Shown: positions 25,948-37,545 of the stretch, piece after piece | Position numbering within the stretch: position 1 is the first letter of the stretch | Layout: every line of letters begins with the position of its first letter | From: Camelus dromedarius | Taxonomy: Eukaryota | Direction: 5' to 3' | Assembly: GCF_036321535.1 (NCBI RefSeq) | Contig: NC_087437.1 | Location: forward strand, 79,176,001-79,240,000 | Length of the DNA stretch: 64,000 bases | Position numbers and translations under genes: made by a program | The notes under the pieces: model-generated | What the model was told of the DNA's origin: nothing | Database searches by the model: none | Seen by the model: only the letters and a program-made list of their open reading frames with translations

Positions 25948-28589
25948 AGCCTTTTAAAGAAAGGACATTTTGATTTAAAAAGGTAGTTATTTTTAAGGCT
26001 GATTAGTGGCTACAGTAATGTGACTCGGAAATCTGTCCCACCATTGTCTTTCTTTGTGTCCATCCTAGTCTTAATATGTGCATAGTTCACTTAGGGTCAA
26101 GATTTATTAAAATGTCCTTAATTTTTACCCATAAATAAGATTTACAGTGCAGCATGTCTTAAAAGCCGACCAGGGATATTACTTAGTGACGAATGTAGAG
26201 ATTTGGGTGGAGAAAGGAACTGGGAATAATGAAAGATACTGAAAAGAAAGAGGTGGTGAAGGAGGTGGTAAAGGAGAATAAGCAGAAAGGAGAGGAGAAA
26301 AAACAAAAATGATTTGACTTGATAATAGCACAATTGAAAATGACCCAAACTCTGAAATTTTTGCAAAGTAAAAAATTAATCTGATCCATTTTTGTCTCAA
26401 GATATCACTTATTGTCACAGAGGCACTTACTTCTTCGAATTACAGTGTGTATTCATGCTCTCATCTTTTACCACTTTAATTTTACAAATCAATGGGCTAA
26501 CAATCGCCTAGTCTGCTTTAATACAGATTGCCTGATGCCCTAGGTGTTATTCATGGGTAATAGCTAGGCTGAGGATGAGGCTCCCGTTTGTTTCAGTTCC
26601 TGCCATTGACACAGGATTGCTTGTCAGGGCTGCTAGAAGGGCCTTTCCTCTCCTAACAAAGATTAAAGTCCTCCATGGTGACCATTTCTGCTTAGGTAAC
26701 TAGAGGCAGAGGGCGCTACAGACGACCTGTCAATGAACTTTTTAGTTAGTAGCCTAAAGTCACCAGCATAGAAATTCTCCTGTTTTGCTGGAGCAAAACA
26801 AAGCCGTGGTTTTAAGTCATCGATAGCCTATTTATACCTCAAAACGTTACCTGACTTGTATTTTAGGCATCAAAATTTCATCAGTTTGTATAATAAAAAC
26901 TCTTGTCTTTAACAGAAAGGTATAGAAACACTTAATGGCATTCGGGCATTAATCTATCTTAAACTGTGAAGAAATTCTTTTGGAATTGAAAATTACAGAC
27001 ATATTAATGCCTTTCCCTCATGCTATGAACAATAAATGCCAAGAGGCTTTTTCCCCTTTAATGATTAACTGCCTTTCGGAAAGTGCTGCCATTTACCACA
27101 TGCAAATTTCTTGCTTTGTAGATCAGATGTGACTAAGAACACTAGATGGTTGGCTCCTGTGAATAGCTTTAGAAAGTACTAATTATAAGACTAACACACC
27201 ACAATCAGGCTTAATTTGTGTAACTCCCTTAATGCGAGATGAGTGAACCTTGTGCAGCAAATTGAGATGGCAACAAAAGGACTTTTACCTTTTGTCTGCT
27301 TACTTTTCTTGTAGGATAGGATTTTAGGCAGGGAAAAAGAATTCTTGGACTATACAACCTTTTAAAAAGTTATTTGTTATAGTTGTGCAAATAAAATTTA
27401 GACTTCTCATGTATCTTAAAGTAGGTTTTTAATTTAATATTACATTTTTTTAAAGTACCTGATGGCTAGTCACTGTGGATGATTAAAATGGTTACCTCTA
27501 TCACAGTTTAAACATAATCTTATCTCATATCCCTTTTTAAAGGTCATAATACCAAAGAGATAAGTAGTTTATGTTATAATTAGTAATATACATGCTAGAA
27601 ATGAAGTATTTCTGAATAGAACATAAAATGGAAACGTTATGGATTTTTTGTTCTAATTTTAGTGAGTGTATAATTACATCAGTTAGAAGAGAGAAATGAG
27701 AATGAACGATAAATGTTCTCAATTGCAGTTCCATCAATACACATGTCTTATTCCATGGTGAGAAAACAAACAAAACAACAACCAAAAATAGCAATTAAAT
27801 TGAGAGTTACAATTTCAAACAAGTTGGCTAAAATCTAATAGACTGTAGGAAGTAAAAAATATGCTTTACTTAAAAGAAATAAAGATACAGATTGTCATGT
27901 TATAGTAGAATTCAAATAAGCACATAACACTGTGAATACATTATTTCAACGGAACTAAAACTCCAAGCATGGACATATGCCAAACAGGCTTTTAAAAGCA
28001 ATAAAAACAAACCTGGCAGTTGGCCAAAGCAAACATACAATGGGAAGATCCCAAAAAATTAACTTTAAAAAAACAGTAACATTTAGATAGTGTGATAAAG
28101 ATGACACTTTGTGATTTCCAAACAAGAAATTGCTAAAAATAATGACATTTAAGCCAGATCACATAATATTTTGTGCAAAGGGAACACACAAACATGAACA
28201 CACACATATATAGATACATATTTATAGTATGTTTTCCTATGGAGTTTATTATCTTTTGAGATTCCACTCCTTTGGAATTCTTTTGAGGTAAGCAATTATA
28301 TGATGGGATGTCTAACCAAACTATTACACTGTTATAATGGAAATAATTCTAGAACAATGTTCCTATTCTGAAAGACTGTCAACAGATAATTTTGCTTAGG
28401 ATTCATCACAAAAGGAGTTTGCCACATGAAAGAACTATTTTTAGAAATTACGTAAGACTTACTGTTGGGAGAAATATTTCAAAGATATATTCATTTACTC
28501 AGTACACATTAAATCAGGACCTAGTATATGTTAGGCACTATGCTGGGGGCTGAATGCCAGAAAGAACTAAGACATAATTATGGGAGGTA

Positions 28590-28760
28590 AAACGTATTAG
28601 GTATTAAATATGTGCTAGACGTTATGCTAAGACCTTCATACATTTCTTTCATTAACAACAATTTCTTCACAACAATTCTGTATGTAATGGGTATAATCAC
28701 CCTCACATTCTAAATAAGGAATTTAAGACTTAGAGTCAACTAATTTTCTCAAGATGGGCA
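28590..28760 (-). mobile_element. MIR SINE relic
   Basis: cttcacaacaattctgtatgtaatgggtataatcaccctcacattctaaataaggaatttaagacttagag. Confidence 0.6.
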
Positions 28761-29087
28761 TGAAGAAAAGTCCAAGACAGAAAATGTAAGGTCCAGAAAC
28801 ACAGGTTATAATTTCAAAGCAAAAAGGATTAAGATAGACAGAGTCCAGGCAAATCTATTGGGAGTACAGCTATAAGTTTAAAAGTATAACTCAATAATTG
28901 TATTAAGTTCTATGAAAATTAAATACCTTTGACAAAAGCATGTATAAACTTGCAACTAGAAGGTCAATTTGAATGTTTCAAGAATTTTTTTTCAACCCAC
29001 TAGAAGCACTAGTATCCTCACACAATGTGCTGTCTTAGCAAGCTTATCCTCTGATGGTCTGCAGAATGTCGATCCAGTTTCTAGGAA

Positions 29088-29155
29088 TTAATTGAAAATG
29101 CCAGGTGCCTTCAGTCTCTCAATAGTTGCTTGTGAAAGTTCAAGGGTCTTTCCAT
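29088..29155 (-). CDS. Candidate terminal coding exon, (x)GKTLELSQATIERLKAPGIFN*; gene not recognised
   Basis: Strong acceptor cctttgttcttctttttcctccatctttaaaccAG; 21 sense codons then TAA; U-rich sequence follows on the minus strand. No homology could be checked. Confidence 0.22.
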
Positions 29156-30789
29156 CTGGTTTAAAGATGGAGGAAAAAGAAGAACAAAGGAATACTGATC
29201 TTACGTCACAGAAAAGGAGGGTGGGCATACAAATTCGTGCCCTGAATCCAACAGTGAGATTGCCACAGAATCACTGTACTGCTGTCTTCAGCTCACGTAT
29301 CGTATTATGTTGACCCACTTGAGTTCATTCCTTAGACAGCTGGGAATTTGATAAGTTATGTAAGAAATTACTGACGCTGTATCTTCTCTACCTTGTTACA
29401 ACCACCTTCTCTTTCCATCTGGCCTCACATTTCCAGCAGTGGATTCATTCTATTGAGTTAGAGCACAAGCGTGGGGCATTCATTGTGACCACATACATGT
29501 GGTAAAACTCTGTGGCCACACTCTGACAGATGCAGAGAAAATTCCTAGTGGTAAATTTATACTCACTAACATGGATTATCTACCAACTCTTGAATAAACT
29601 ACTTAATTTTTAAATTTTGCTTCTCTGTACCTCAAATGAAATAAGAGAAGGTGATCTCTTAAACTATTTCTAGAACTAATATAGAAAGAATCATGAAATT
29701 AGTTAGCAAATAGAAAGGACTGGTTATTTATTAAAAATTAATTAAGGAAGGTTCTCTTTACTATTTGTCAGGGAAATACAAAGCAGGAATGTTAATGGGT
29801 GTGATTATGTTGGTAATATATAGGACGGGAGGAAATAGGCATAGCAACTTTTGTTTCTTTTAGGTGTCAGACTCTTAAAGATAAAACAGGAAAAGGTAGA
29901 ATCCAAAATGTGTTTGCTGCTTCTCCACAGTTGGAGACAAGGTTTTATTCATCTGTTTATAATAAATGAGCAGCTTTGGGGAGTGCTCAAACCATCAAAA
30001 AAGATGGAAATGCTGCTGACCATTATAGACAGTAATTTTCATTGTTTTTACTGGTCACAATTCTAGAATAATTATTAGTGAACAATATGAAACTTTAAAT
30101 GGATAGAACTGAATCCATAATTTGGACTCAAATAGCAAAGAAGTTACAACTGCATCTTTTTTGTATATGTTTCATCGTAGTCCTTATAGAAATTCAGACT
30201 GCAGTAGAAAACACGACCTCCTCCTTTTTGTAATTGTTATTAACCTTTGGGCTCACTGCTTTTGAAAACATGCCAGTCTCGTTTAGTCATGCTTTCTTTT
30301 ACTCATATCTTTTTTTCTTATTTCTATTATTAATATTCTAAAACATGTTCAATAATTTAGGAATGTTCAGATATTCCCACTGTTCCTCCTCTTCTTGATA
30401 CTTCGATTCCATTTCTTCTCCTTTTACTTTTTTCCTCCTCTTCTCTGCTTCTGCCTCCTTCTTTATTTCCGCCAATAGAACTGATTCTTGTATCCATAAA
30501 TAAGTCATATTTAGAAGTAGAGCTAAATAAACTTTTTAATAGACTTTAATAAGTTTCTTATTGTGTGTGCCTTAGTAAACATCACTGTCTTTATTTTTTT
30601 CAAAACAAAGTTATATCTTGGTTGTGGTTGTTATTTTTATTGTATAAAAGTAGCATATTATTTACTTTCTATATTTTCACTGCTTCTCATGCAGATCTAG
30701 TTTCATTTATCTTATAAATAAATGGAATATTTCATGTAGTGTACCTACTACTTATGTAGAAACATTTTGTTTCTAATTTTTTTTTTATT

Positions 30790-31890
30790 TTTTAAAAATT
30801 GGGCCTAGGAAAAAAATTGGACATAATTTACATTCAGTAAAATTCAGCTCTTTTAGTGTACAATTCTTTGAGTATTGACAAACATATAAATAATGTTTAT
30901 GATTATTATTGTAATAAAGATATACAACAGTTTCATCAACTTGAAAATTCTATGTGTCACTGTGTAATCGATCATTCATCCTATCCCCAGCTTTGGAAAC
31001 TACTGATACCTATAGTTTTGCCTTTGCAACGTGTCACATAAATGGAATCACGCAGTTCTAACTTTTTAAATTTGGCTTCTTACACCTAGCATAGTTTAGT
31101 TAAATTTTATTCATATTATTGCACAAATCACTAGACTGCTACTATTGTATTGCTGAGTAGAATTCTTTGAATGGATGTAACACAGTTTGTTTATCCTTTC
31201 TTAATGAGAATATTGGGAACAAAAAGTTTTTCTTCTACCCTCCTAGGTTCTTTCGGCTGCTCCATTAATTAAATTGCCACAAGATAGTTTAGCAGGTGAA
31301 CAAAATATTTAATTATGTATGTAAAGGAGCCTCAGAAGAATATGAGCAAGGTGGGCAATTGAGGCTTATATGATATTCTGAGCTACAAAATAGTTTAAGG
31401 ACCTGGGTCTTCAAAGGGGAGAGAGGTAATATGCAGGACAACAAGAGATGTCTGGTAATTAGATGTTTGCCCTGCCATACAGATAGGTCATTCAGATAAA
31501 AGTTATCTCTGGTAATAGGTCTCCCACTGAGAGAGCCAGGGCCCCTATTTATATTCTCTTATATAGCTAAGGTAGACATAAAATTTTGTTGTACTCTGTT
31601 TTGTTTTGTTTTTTGAATCTGCTGAGTCTTACTTGCCTTCAGCTCAAAATAATCCACATGCCAAAGTGGCATACCTTGGGGTCACTTATTCTGGTCCTTT
31701 TCAAGGGGCATTTGGGTTGTTTCTAGTTTCGGGTAAATATGAATAAAGCCTCCGTAAACACTTTCGTATCAGTTTTTGAGAAACATAACTTTTACTTTGT
31801 TTGGGTAAATTTCTATGAATGGGATTATTATTTCTTATGGTAAGTGTTTGATTAACTTTATTAGAAATGCTCAAGCTGTTTTCCCAATTG
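30790..31890 (-). mobile_element. Old L1 (L1MB/MC/ME-type) 3' region, split by an LTR
   Basis: cataaatggaatcacgcag...tggcttcttacacctagcata...ttgctgagtagaattc...cacagtttgtttatcc, resuming at 31704 with catttgggttgtttctagttt...atgaataaagc. Confidence 0.85.
31211..31703 (-). mobile_element. ERV1 solo LTR (MER34-like) nested in L1
   Basis: gccttcagctcaaaataatccacatgccaaagtggcataccttggggtcacttattctggtccttttca is the reverse of a MER34-type 5' end. Confidence 0.8.
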
Positions 31891-32166
31891 GGGGCCAGAA
31901 AAATAAGTGGTCTTGTTCATACTCATAGCTCCAAATTCCAAATTATTAGACATTAACATTCATTCTGCAGGTAGCTATCTTTCTGGAAACAAACAATAAA
32001 CTCTATTTTCTTTCTTTATGTTGTATAGATTTCTGAAAACATGCTAAATTGATTACTTTATTTTGGATTTGAAAGTTTCCTTAAAATTAGTTTTACCATA
32101 CATGGATTTTGCTGAAATTTCTCTCCTATGTAAATATTCAAAATTAACATAATGTTTGTTTTTACC

Positions 32167-32168
<2 letters not shown>

Positions 32169-32216
<48 letters not shown>
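32169..32216. repeat. (TA)24 perfect microsatellite
   Basis: Read directly from the sequence. Confidence 0.98.
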
Positions 32217-32220
<4 letters not shown>

Positions 32221-34399
32221 GTATATGTACATATATATACACACATATAGAGTGAGAGATTAGATAATATATGAGTAATCAGTTTACATTTTTAAATGTA
32301 TGCATCTGAAGTTTCAGAATATTTACTGATAATTTAAAACATTTTCAACACTACTATATTATACTTGATAAGTGTTGTTGATAATATTGGCCTTTCTTAC
32401 AAGCACTTTTAAGAAGGCATTAAAAGCGTTCTTGTCCAGTGCTATTTCCATCAGATTATGGTGCACACAACATGTATGTCTTAAGGTAGTTGTAATGCTG
32501 TTTAATTGGATTGACCATTAAACATAACTAATTTAGTATTTGGACAGAGATCAAAGAGAATGTTCTATCAAACTACAAAACAACAAAAGAAGTGAAAAGT
32601 TGGCCGTAGCAGCAACTGTCTTAGAAAAATTACATCATTGTGTATTTGGTTGAATCTCCCTTCTTTGGGATGCCAGAAAAGGATTTTAAGAAGAACTTGG
32701 TTTGAGGTTTTAAGTGACAGTAAAGTTGGATTCAGTGTTAAGGTATGACGTGGTGGATGGACCAGAGATGCTTTGGAGAAAACAATGAACAGGAGAGTGA
32801 GAAAGTGACCATGGCATTGTAGACATAGTTTTTTTTTTTTTTTTTTTTTATGTTGTATAAGAGCTGAAATTTATAGTTGATACACAGTAAAACAGAAACA
32901 TTTGTGATGTTTCATACAAAAAAGTAATAAATTTTGAAGTGGGAGATTCTTAAAATATCACAATCTTTCAAAAAATTTGAATATTTTAGGAAACAAATAC
33001 ACTCTAAACTGGGCAGATAACGCAAAAGGGCAGGGAGAGCGTCCCGCTATTCCAGGTAGGTAAACTTACAACCGAACTACGTGAGTACCAATCTGCTGCA
33101 TCTAGGATCATCCATCTTTATGGTCCCCTCATACACCCCAAGTGCAGGCCCACACATAAGCATGGCAGCTGCCAATATCCCATAATTGGGTTTATGGACA
33201 AAATCAATATTCGGTCTTCCACCACAATTATGAGAACTTGTTTATATTATATACTACACCTGTATTATGTTAAGCTCATTTGTTCATAACCCTACAAGAG
33301 AATATCAAGATGAAATTCATGCTATCATATCTCTTTTTCCTAGATAAGTGAGTGATCTGTCAGGTCCTATCCCTCCCATGAACTGTTAAGCATGTTTTGC
33401 TGTATAATTGTCTTCACAGTTCTCTGCCTTTCATGATCCTGTCCTGACTTTCATCTTCTCCCTTCTTTCCCCAGATCTACCACTCTACTGTCTAAAACTC
33501 TTATTATCTAATTAACCACACCACTTAAATCCATGTCATCTCTCAGAAAGTTCTGCCATCTCTTTGCCATAAATAAACTTATATGTACCTCAAAGACCAA
33601 TTCCCACATAGCACTCTGAAAATCAGGGTACTTTATTTTCTTATTCTCATTACTCAGCACTAAGAGCTGACTTAATTGTTCCCTGACAACACTTTGAGGT
33701 CACTGTTCTATCAAATTATTAGAAACATTTTACCTCATAGTTTTTTATCACCATCTCAACTTCTCTCTTCATTCTGGAGGGTTTCAATCTCAACACAGAC
33801 CACTCAGCCATGCACACTGGCCTCTAGTTCCCCAACCTCCCTTGTCTCCAGTGACGATCTCCTTCCACCACCTGCTTCTAATAGAGGGTCACTGATTTCA
33901 GGAGCTCAAATATTCCACTCTTATCGCAGCATTTCTCTTTCCTGCTTGTTTGCCCAGCACTCTGATTGCTACAGTTTTATAACATGACTGAAGCATTAGT
34001 TCATCTCATCTTAACACCTGCCTTCCACCCTAACGTACAGTGTCAGTTCTAATGCTCCTAGTTCAGGGTTGCTTCTGGACCTGTCTTCTCCTTTTAACCA
34101 TGTGTCCAAAACCCAAATGCAACTAAGCCCAACTACTGCCATCTTGCTTTCTTTTCTCATAGCACAAAAATGAATGATACTTAAAAGAAAAAAAAAAATA
34201 GTTATACCAATGGTACAGACAGCTGACACTGCATATTCATTCTTCACCTTATGCAACAGTGTATTAAATCTTTTCATGTTTCTCACACATCCAACTCTTT
34301 TCTATTCCCCACTGAGAAAAAGATTCTGTCTTCAGAAACAACGAAATCTGCCAGATGGGAACCCCTTTAGCTCCTATAAAGAGCTCTGCCTCCACACCT

Positions 34400-34880
34400 C
34401 ACTTGTTCAGTCATCCGTAAACTATTTATTGCTTGGCATTGGAAACCCTTTGGTGAACAAAACAGATTCAATCCTCATCTTCACACACTTTACTTGGGAA
34501 AAGAGAATTAATCAAATAGAGAAAAAATACACACTTTTAATTGTAAGTGCAATAAATTAAAAATACAGGTTCTATTAGAGAGTAACATATAAGATCTTTT
34601 TTTTAGAGTGGGCAGCGATCCCGTGATTTTCTAGATGAGTGACATTTAAATTTAGTCCTGAAGGATGAGTAAAAATAATCGTGTGGACAGTGGGAGGAAA
34701 GGCATACCAGAAAAATAAAACAGCATATGGGAAGGCCTGAAAAGGAAAAAAGTTTGTTACATTTTTCTGGTACTTGAAACGTTTCAAGTACCAGTGTGGT
34801 TGGATCATAGGAAGTTGGAGGGCTGCATTAGATGCCTGTGGAGAATTGTGCTGAGCAACAATCTGGATAAAGCATGAAAA
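34400..34880 (-). mobile_element. LINE-2 3' end relic
   Basis: tcagtcatccgtaaactatttatt...ggtgaacaaaacaga...gtgacatttaaatttagtcctgaaggatgagta...gggaaggcctga. Confidence 0.7.
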
Positions 34881-34914
34881 TTAACATTGTCAGTTAAGGA
34901 GTTAGCCTTTGTTG

Positions 34915-35140
34915 GAATTCTGACAGTAGCAATCATTGGGTTTTTTTGGTAAATCGTTTAATCTTCTCGTGCTTATTTTGTTCCCTTATGAAATAATAAT
35001 AATAATAATAGAATCAACATAATATTAAGCATAAGTGTGCTATTAAATATAAATTATTTTATATAAATAGAATACTGAGAATATATGCAGATACTTCGTA
35101 CCAGGCTTAAGACAAAAGCACAATAAATGTTAGTTTTTCT
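34915..35140 (+). mobile_element. MIR SINE relic
   Basis: Degenerate core followed by the tail cacaataaatgttagtt. Confidence 0.5.
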
Positions 35141-35175
35141 GTTATTTTTGTTGTTTGAGTTTATATTAAAGACTT

Positions 35176-35345
35176 TATTTTTTGCAACATTTTGTTTACT
35201 TATTTTTGTTTGTTTTGTGCTTTTCTTTGGGAGGAGGTAATTAAGACTTATTTATTTATTTATTTTTATAGGAGGTACTGGGGATTGAACCCAGGACTTA
35301 GTGCATGCTAAGCATGCACTTTACCAGTGAGCAATACGCACACTC
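35176..35345 (-). mobile_element. Vic-1-like tRNA(Ala)-derived SINE (camelid)
   Basis: Minus strand reads ...tattgctcactggtaaagtgcatgcttagcatgcactaagtcctgggttcaatccccagtacctcc, then A-rich, taattacctcc and an A-rich tail. A and B boxes and an AGC anticodon hairpin are present. TSD t(a/g)tattaaaga(c/g)tt at 35162-35175 and 35346-35359. Confidence 0.88.
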
Positions 35346-36324
35346 TGTATTAAAGAGTTCAGGTTTCATTTTCAAAAGCATGGACAGTCATCAATGAGTC
35401 TAACGTTGGAAAGTGGCATGATGCTATCAACATTTTCAAATATCACTTGGAGTGATTATAAAGATTGGACCAAAGAATGCAATAGTGGTATCTGGGAGGA
35501 TATTAGGGAACCCAACACAGTAAGCCAGGGGATAAATTATACTGACTTAGCCAAGGCTGATAGTTTAAGGGTTAGTGTAGTGTGTGTGCATTAGCTAATG
35601 CTAATAGTTTAAAGGTTAATGCAGTTTGCGTACCAATCAGAGAGAAGTGAATTGATTTGAAATATATTTTTGTGCTAACAGGCACTAAACTTCGTGAATT
35701 ATTGGATATAGCAACTTAAGAGAGGTGATTTAAAAAATGATTTCCAGGTATTTGGTTATGAGAAGCATATTTATATAGATAGAGAACATTGAGGCAGCTC
35801 TTTAAGTTGCTTTTCCTGTGAAATTTTCTCTTTGAAAATTGAAAAAAAGATAAGGCTTATTTTCTATTCCGCATATTTGTTTCCAATTGAGAGCTCTTCT
35901 ATGTTTCTAATTATGAACTGTTCTTCTATTACTCTACCACTTTTGATGATTCTGTTTATCTACAGTATTAGAATATGATGTCCTCTCTAATTAGAGAATG
36001 ATTGCTATTCTTTATCTTTTCTCTTTTGTTCCAGATATATTCACAATAAAAATCAGGAAAATGATATATGCCAAAAACAATAGCCATATAGTTCCAATTC
36101 TATTTTTAAAGTATATGTGTAACCCTGATTGTCTGAGGTAATGATTTTGGTTTCCTGTTGCCAGTACTCACCCACCTTACCTCAAAACAAGATGACCAGA
36201 AGCCTTTAAAAACATAAACAGGGATGGACATAGAGGAAACTTTGTTTCAAATACTGGATGGTGTCATCCCAGCTCTGTCACCCGTAACGTCTCATACAGA
36301 CGTTATGCTGTCAGTGTGCAAGAG

Positions 36325-37545
36325 TGCTGGATTGGTTGTTTCCAATCAGGAGACAAAAACTGCACAGTAATATGTATAGAGAAAGTTTAAAGAAATGATT
36401 AACACTAACAAGGGATTTGATTAATGAGAGGTTGGCTAGTGTATTAGTCATGATTCTCTAGGGACACAGAATCAATAGGCTACAGAGAGAAAGACACTGA
36501 AAGATTTATTTTAAGGAATTGGCTCATCAGATTATGGAGTCTGCTAAATCTGATATCTGTAGGGCAAGCCTGCAGGCTGAGGGTTCAGATAATAGTTTAT
36601 GTTGCAGGTTTGAGTCCAAAGACTGAAAACTCAGGCCAAATTCCTTCTTCAGGAAACATCAGTCTTCTTGTCTTAAAGCCTTCAACCGACTAGATGAGGC
36701 TCATTCACATTATGGAGAACAATCTATTTCACTTGAAGACAACTAATTGTAAATGTTAATTATGTATAAAAATACTTTTACAGCTGCATCTAGAGCAGTG
36801 TTTAACGAAACAACTGGTCAGCATACTCTAGCCAAGATAACACAAATTAACCATTATAGCTAGGAAGAAGTAGTGAGAACTCTAAATAATATAAGAAAAG
36901 CAGATGTAAAAAAGTAACCAGTATTCCTTGAGCTAACATAGAACACCTAAAGAAGAGACCTTCCTGCCCCCAGGCTGAGATCGAGGCCTTGCTGGGGAAT
37001 GAATGGCCCCGTTTGTCACTGCATGGCAGAGAAGTAGCAGTGTGGCTGCACCAGTGGCACTTTCTGGAAATTTGTCCCCAAGGTTGCCATAGAAAGGTGT
37101 GTCACATCAAAGGCATTCCACCATAAAACTGCTGGAATCAGGAGTCAGTGGATGTAGTCAGTGGATACTGGTCACTGGTTGCAGCAGACTGCCATGTCCT
37201 GCAGAAGCTGTCTTGCAGCAGGAGCTGGGCACTGGAGAGCTTGCTGTCCCAGTGCAGGAGCCAAGTGCCAGAGAAGCTGCTTGTGCTGCAGTGCCAGGTG
37301 CTAGAAAACTGTCCACACGCTGGGAGTGGACCCTGACGAAGCCTAACGTGCTGCAGGAGCCTGCCAAGAAAATATTAGAACCTTGAATGGAGGGCTCTGC
37401 TTCCTGTATTTATCTCTATCACCCTCTACAAACAAAGCTTTACACCTTGCCAGCTGACAAAGGAAAGGCATTTATAAGGCTGAGATCACTCTTTACAATG
37501 ATAAGTGGATTTGGAGTTAAGATGCAATAAATTAAAAGCTATCAG
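36325..37545 (-). mobile_element. LTR78-like ancient LTR, split by MLT2
   Basis: tccaatcaggagacaaaaactgcacagtaa...ttggctag, resuming gaagaagtagtgagaactctaaa...ccagctgacaaaggaaa. Confidence 0.65.
36440..36858 (-). mobile_element. ERVL solo LTR (MLT2C/D-like) with 5-bp TSD
   Basis: tgtattagtca...ttaaggaattggctca...gccttcaaccgactagatgaggc...ctagccaagataacacaaattaaccatta. TSD gctag at 36435-36439 and 36859-36863. Confidence 0.9.

Noticed and set aside
29203..29245. 37-nt minus-strand exon just upstream of the 29155 acceptor
   Set aside because: It would leave an intron of under 50 nt, too short for a mammalian spliceosomal intron.
32053..32246. YIYIYI ORFs (and the HTHTHT ORF at 9869-10051)
   Set aside because: These are translations of microsatellites.
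35270..35345. tRNA-Ala(AGC) gene
   Set aside because: The acceptor stem and A box are degenerate, and it is followed by a SINE body, tail and TSD.
37099..37386. Three overlapping ORFs in a GC-richer stretch
   Set aside because: They lie inside the LTR78-like element, where GC-rich, repetitive sequence suppresses stops.
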